Shown piece after piece: positions 59,101-64,000 of a DNA stretch of 64,000 nt (position 1 is its first letter; every line of letters begins with the position of its first letter). The notes beneath the pieces are model-generated. The model had not been told where the DNA came from and did not search any database. It worked only from the letters and a program-made list of their open reading frames with translations. The DNA comes from the human T2T-CHM13v2.0 reference genome, Homo sapiens. Position numbers and translations under genes: made by a program. Where the stretch lies: NCBI RefSeq assembly GCF_009914755.1, contig NC_060928.1. One strand, given 5' to 3'.

Positions 59101-59567
59101 TGTCTGGCCCAACCCCTATTCACTTCGGTAGGAATGGCACCAGGTTCAGGGGGCAGAAAAAGAGACCCACAGCCAACAAAGAAGAAAGGGGTTTTATTAG
59201 GAGGAAACTCATAAACAAGGCAGTCCAGTGGCAGCAGACTAAGCAGAACTGCCCACTTGTTTTAAAAGAAAAAAAATCCAGTTATATAGTATTGTCACTT
59301 AGCACCCTCCCCTTAACAACCTCCACCTGACAACCTTCCTTTAACCCCAAACAAAAGGCCTCCATCTCTATGCAGCACACGTTCCATGGGACGGGCCAGG
59401 GCTCATATGTTCCTCATAGAGAAGGAGCGTTGTTTCACTGATTCTCTCACTTGGCCACACCTGGATTCCTTAGTGCAGAACTCTGAACACACATTCAGGT
59501 GTGTCTGCCACATACGGTCACTCGCAGAGTGTGCTTAGTTATGACTGTCAGGTGTGCCTGCCATACA
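59101..59567 (-). mobile_element. ERVL solo LTR (LTR32-like)
   Basis: End tgtcaggtgtgcctgccataca with internal repeat tcaggtgtgtctgcca; near-TSD gaagg/gcagg. Confidence 0.7.
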
Positions 59568-59982
59568 GCAGGTGCTTCAATCCTGTTCTCTATTTCCGAT
59601 TCTCCACTGAAGACAGGTGAAACTTCTTCTCTGTCTGTGCCCCCCTGAAGAGGGTGTTAACCTTCACCTGTGAAAGTTGGTGACTGTGTAATAGTTTCTG
59701 CCCCTTACATTTTATAAGGATATTAACTTTTATATATTAGACATTTATATATTGGATTTTCAGAGCACTGTCCAGAGGGCATTAGGAAAGTAGAGAAGTG
59801 CTTATACAGCGGTTCTTAAATTTGTGCGTGGGTAAAATATATAACACATTATCAATTACTTTTTAGTCCCTTAAATCATCTTTTGGGTAATCTCAGTTAG
59901 CAACTGATAGCCCCCATGTATGAAGAGATTCAAGGGGCCAGTCACATATATTATTGTGACTTTCTTAGAAGAGTGCTCTGCT

Positions 59983-61152
59983 TGATATGGTTAGGTTTGC
60001 ATCCCCACCGAAATCTCATCTTGAATTGTAATCCCTATAATCCTCATGTGTCAAGGTGAAACCAGAGTTCCCTGTCCCCCCATCACAGGACGTGAGACAG
60101 GGGTGTGGCTCTCTGTTCAGCCGCTGTGAGCTCAAACTCCTTACAGGATGGGGAGCACACAAACTGTCAGGTGTAGGAGCCAGGGCGAATGCTTTGGGAT
60201 CTGGCCCCCCACTCAGTGGTAACTGGGATGGGTGTCTCCAACTCCCAAAGCCTAAGTGAGAGTGATACTTTGCGCTCTTTCAGCTTTGCCATCCACTGAC
60301 AGCTCTTAAGTGTTAACCAGCTCAATGGACCCTCTGCCTTTCCTCAAGGGCAGAGGGCCTGTGTGAGAACCTTCTGTCCTGAGCTCTTGTCCAGTGTCCT
60401 GGAATGATAGGGTCACACACAGACTTGAAGGACAAATGCGGCTTTTACTGAATGGTGGAGGTGGCTCTCAGCAGGATGAATGGGTAACTAGAAGGGGGAT
60501 GGAGGGGGAAGATGATCTTCCCCTGGAGTTTGGTCATCCAGCGGCTGAACTCCTCTCTGACCTCCCTTAGTCAAATTCTTCTTGGCATTCAGACACTCTT
60601 TGTCTTCTTTCTCTGCCCTGCCATTCGTCTGCTTGTCTCCTTGTCTTCTCATCTGCTTCTAAAGTCTGAGGTTCAGGGTTTATATAGGTATAGGATAGGG
60701 GGCGTAGCAGGCCATAAGACAGCTTTTTGGGTGAGAAAACAGGAAATCCTATCCTCATTTAGGGCTGTGGGTATCCAGGCTTGAGGGTGAGGCCTTTGCC
60801 AGGGAACCACCCTCTTCTACCCAGTATTTTCCTATCTCCTGTCGATCAAAGGTAGATACCAGGTGGAGATAATTGAATCAAGATGCAGTTCCCCCATGCT
60901 GTTCTCGTGATAGTGAGTGAGTTCTCATGAGATCTGATCGTTTTATAAGGGGCTCTTCCCACTTCGCATCGCCCTTCCTTTCCTGACGTCTTCTGAAGAA
61001 AGTGCTTGCTGCCCCTTCACCTGCCACCATGATTGTAAGTTTCCTGAGGCTTCTCTATCCATGCTGAACCGTGAGTCAATTAAACCTCTTTCCTTTATAA
61101 ATTACCCAGTCCCGGGTAGTTCTTTATAGCAGTATGAAAATGGACTAATACT
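59983..61152 (+). mobile_element. THE1 (C/D-type) solo LTR split by an ERV1 LTR
   Basis: tgatatggttagg...aaatctcatcttgaattgtaatcc; attaaacctctttcctttataaattacccag...ggactaatac; near-TSD ctgct/ctgca. Confidence 0.9.
60057..60848 (-). mobile_element. MER52/LTR27/LTR28-group ERV1 solo LTR
   Basis: TG...CA termini; end gcctttgccagggaaccaccctcttctacccagtatt; perfect 4-bp TSD AAGG at 60053-60056 and 60849-60852. Confidence 0.8.
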
Positions 61153-61509
61153 CTGCAAATGGCATGAGTAGCCTCATTTTACTGTTACCAGTCCCCACCC
61201 CCCACCCTGCCAAAAATTCACACTCGGACTAGCATAACAGATTTTCACTCATTTCTTATGAAGGTACTGCCAAAGTCAATAGTGGCCAAAGTCTCCAGGA
61301 ATCCTTGCACCAGGCATCTTTTTGTTTTAAAAATAACATGATTAAAACCCCAGTTCCTGGTTTTTAGAAAGTGATGATACATCCTTCGGCTTACCCAAGG
61401 AGATACTATATCCCTTTAGGGATATGAGAATATACCAATCTATTCTTGCTATGTATCTATGTGTCAGATACCAACAGCGGGAGGTTCTTTTGGAAATAGA
61501 AAAGAAAAA

Positions 61510-61910
<401 letters not shown>

Positions 61911-64000
61911 TTAACTATGCCACAAAGAGCTACTTCGGAACCCATTACTGCATCCTTTTCCCCTCCCTAGGAGACACATTCCATAAACAAATAGCCCTTC
62001 TCACAGAAAACTCTTGAAACCCCTTTAAGTAATGCTCACGTGTGTTCTTACTTCTGATCAATTAAATTCGAACACTACACTATTTTCTGCCTTCTCATGA
62101 AGCTAAACCATCTATGTCTTCTTGTGCCAAAAAACTATAAGAAATAATGCCAGATGTAATGAATTTACTAAATTTATTAAAACATTCCATTTTACATGGG
62201 GCAAAAACTCATATTCATTTTCTATAATATTTGGGGCCAAAAAGGATGGCATGATTCAGTCCCTCACAACTGGGCAGTTGTCCAGGTGTGAGCATTGCTG
62301 AAGCCGTTTTAAAAATTCTTTTCAATTCAATTTTAATGGAACAAACTGCCAGAGACGTGCCAGGAAAATTGTTCCTTAACATTTGCCTGCAGGATCCTGA
62401 CCCCTAATGTCTTTACCAGGCTGATAACTTCTGGGCAGCAGAATAAGCCGGTATTCATGAACTCTCTCAGCAGATTCACTGCTGGAGGGGAGGGCACAGT
62501 GATGTCGTCTGAGAACTGCCTCTGGTGAATGCCATTAGCTTGTGAATTATTCCAAGTACATTAAGAGAAACTAATGACACCTTTGTTAGCTAATGTGTCT
62601 CACCTGCAAAAGTAACAGTTGCATTCTCAATAGATTTAGGCAGACAGGGAAAAACAAGCTGTTGCTTTCTCTAATTTCTGTATGCTATTTATACAATTGG
62701 GTTAGCATTCTCCCTGGAAAATGCTTCTAAGACAGGGTAAGTTAGCAGATTTCAGTTGCTTGCTTTTTGTGTGCCCTCGCTGAGCTGTAGAAAGCTCATG
62801 CGCTGGTTCCCTTCCTGGTAAAGGAAATACACCTTTATAAAATGAAGAGTAAGGGAGCGGGATGCTTTTGTTATTGACATAAAACTTGTCACACGGTTAA
62901 CTAGTTTGTGTGATGATAAAAGACTTCAGTGATTTTTCCCTTCAAGGCATTTTAGCTTATTGTACTTCGGGCTGCAGGTATGGTAATAGGAGTCATCCAC
63001 ATTTGCGTCTAAAGCTTTCACCTGTTTAAAAGTCTCAGCTTTTTGTCTCCTTTCCCTAATTTCATGTTGAGCACTTCAGTTAAATTACTCCTATAAGAAG
63101 CTATGTCAAGATTTTAAAAAACTGAATTCAGGCAATCTACTAACAACCTAGCCATGTCCTGGCCTTTTTGCCATGTTTTTCATAGGATAACTCAGGGATT
63201 TCTACTGCAACCGACCTTCTGAGAATCTCTTGGGGAGTTTATTTTTGAGCAAGGAGGTGAAAGGATAGCGTGCTTCAGAATACCATGGGTGGACCTTATT
63301 CTGCTCTCTTTGAATTGTGTTGCTATTACGTGTTACAAACTTAATTAAACTTCTTAAAATCAGCCCTCTTTCCCCTCAGTAGTCTGAGTATGGTCCTCTT
63401 TTTCTGAGGGATCACTCCAACACAATGCAACATTAGCTTCTTGTTTCTTGAAATGTGTCCCGTACCATGACTACTCCTTGTCGTGGGGATAAAATGACTC
63501 CATCTGTTTTACCAGCCCTTTCTGAGACTTTCTAATTTAAATGATTGACTTCTAGTTCCTGAATTGTCTACAAAGGAGTGAGGAGTACCTTGGGATGTGT
63601 CCCTTTTCACCTCTTTTACTCTCAGTCATAATTACCTGAGGTCCACAGTGGGTTTAGTTGCTTTGCAGACATGCATCAAGTACCAAGCAGGAATTGGAAG
63701 ATTTCGTACAGCTCTTCTATTTATATGTTGCTCTAATACAAAGGAACTTGCTCAACTTTTCTGCTCCTTTCTCTGGAGAAGATGAAAACTGGAGGGGGTT
63801 GATTATTTTCTACCCTAGGTTTGGGTTAAGGAAGATGAGGCATTTCTCATTTCTAGCCATAGGTATAGATTTTCAACCTGTCATTTTCTCCTGTCAGCCA
63901 AGCACACACAGGATGTGCAGTCAGCAGTGGGAGGTAACGGGGATTCTGGGAATAAGAGCAATCTGCCTCATCTGGTCTTGAGTAGTGGAAGCACCATGGT

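Noticed and set aside
59765-59785. CTCF-like motif tccagagggca (a similar one is near 31215)
   Set aside because: Partial matches of this quality are expected by chance in 64 kb.

Overview
This is AT-rich, CpG-depleted primate nuclear DNA, probably human because it carries an AluYg6-like insertion at 14529-14839. It looks intronic or intergenic. Roughly half or more is interspersed repeat: about 20 Alu/FLAM copies, L1s of several ages (L1PA, L1MA, a near full-length L1MB-type, L1ME-type), L2, MIR, a CR1/L3 remnant, a complete THE1 MaLR provirus, solo LTRs, and Tigger/hAT/mariner MITEs. I cannot support any cellular protein-coding gene. The ORF track is explained by L1 remnants, Alu/LTR sequence, microsatellites and chance. 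There are no rRNA, tRNA or CRISPR features, and I see no evidence for a new multi-gene system. The more interesting signals are small. They include two templated micro-insertions inside old L1s and a MADE1 hairpin whose arms share non-consensus changes. Others are a CpG-retaining old L1 5' end followed by a strong splice donor, a young Alu that may be polymorphic, a short tailless LTR retrocopy, deep TE nesting and two candidate minus-strand micro-exons. Repeat subfamily names come from recalled consensus motifs and need RepeatMasker/Dfam confirmation. Boundaries of old repeats are approximate.
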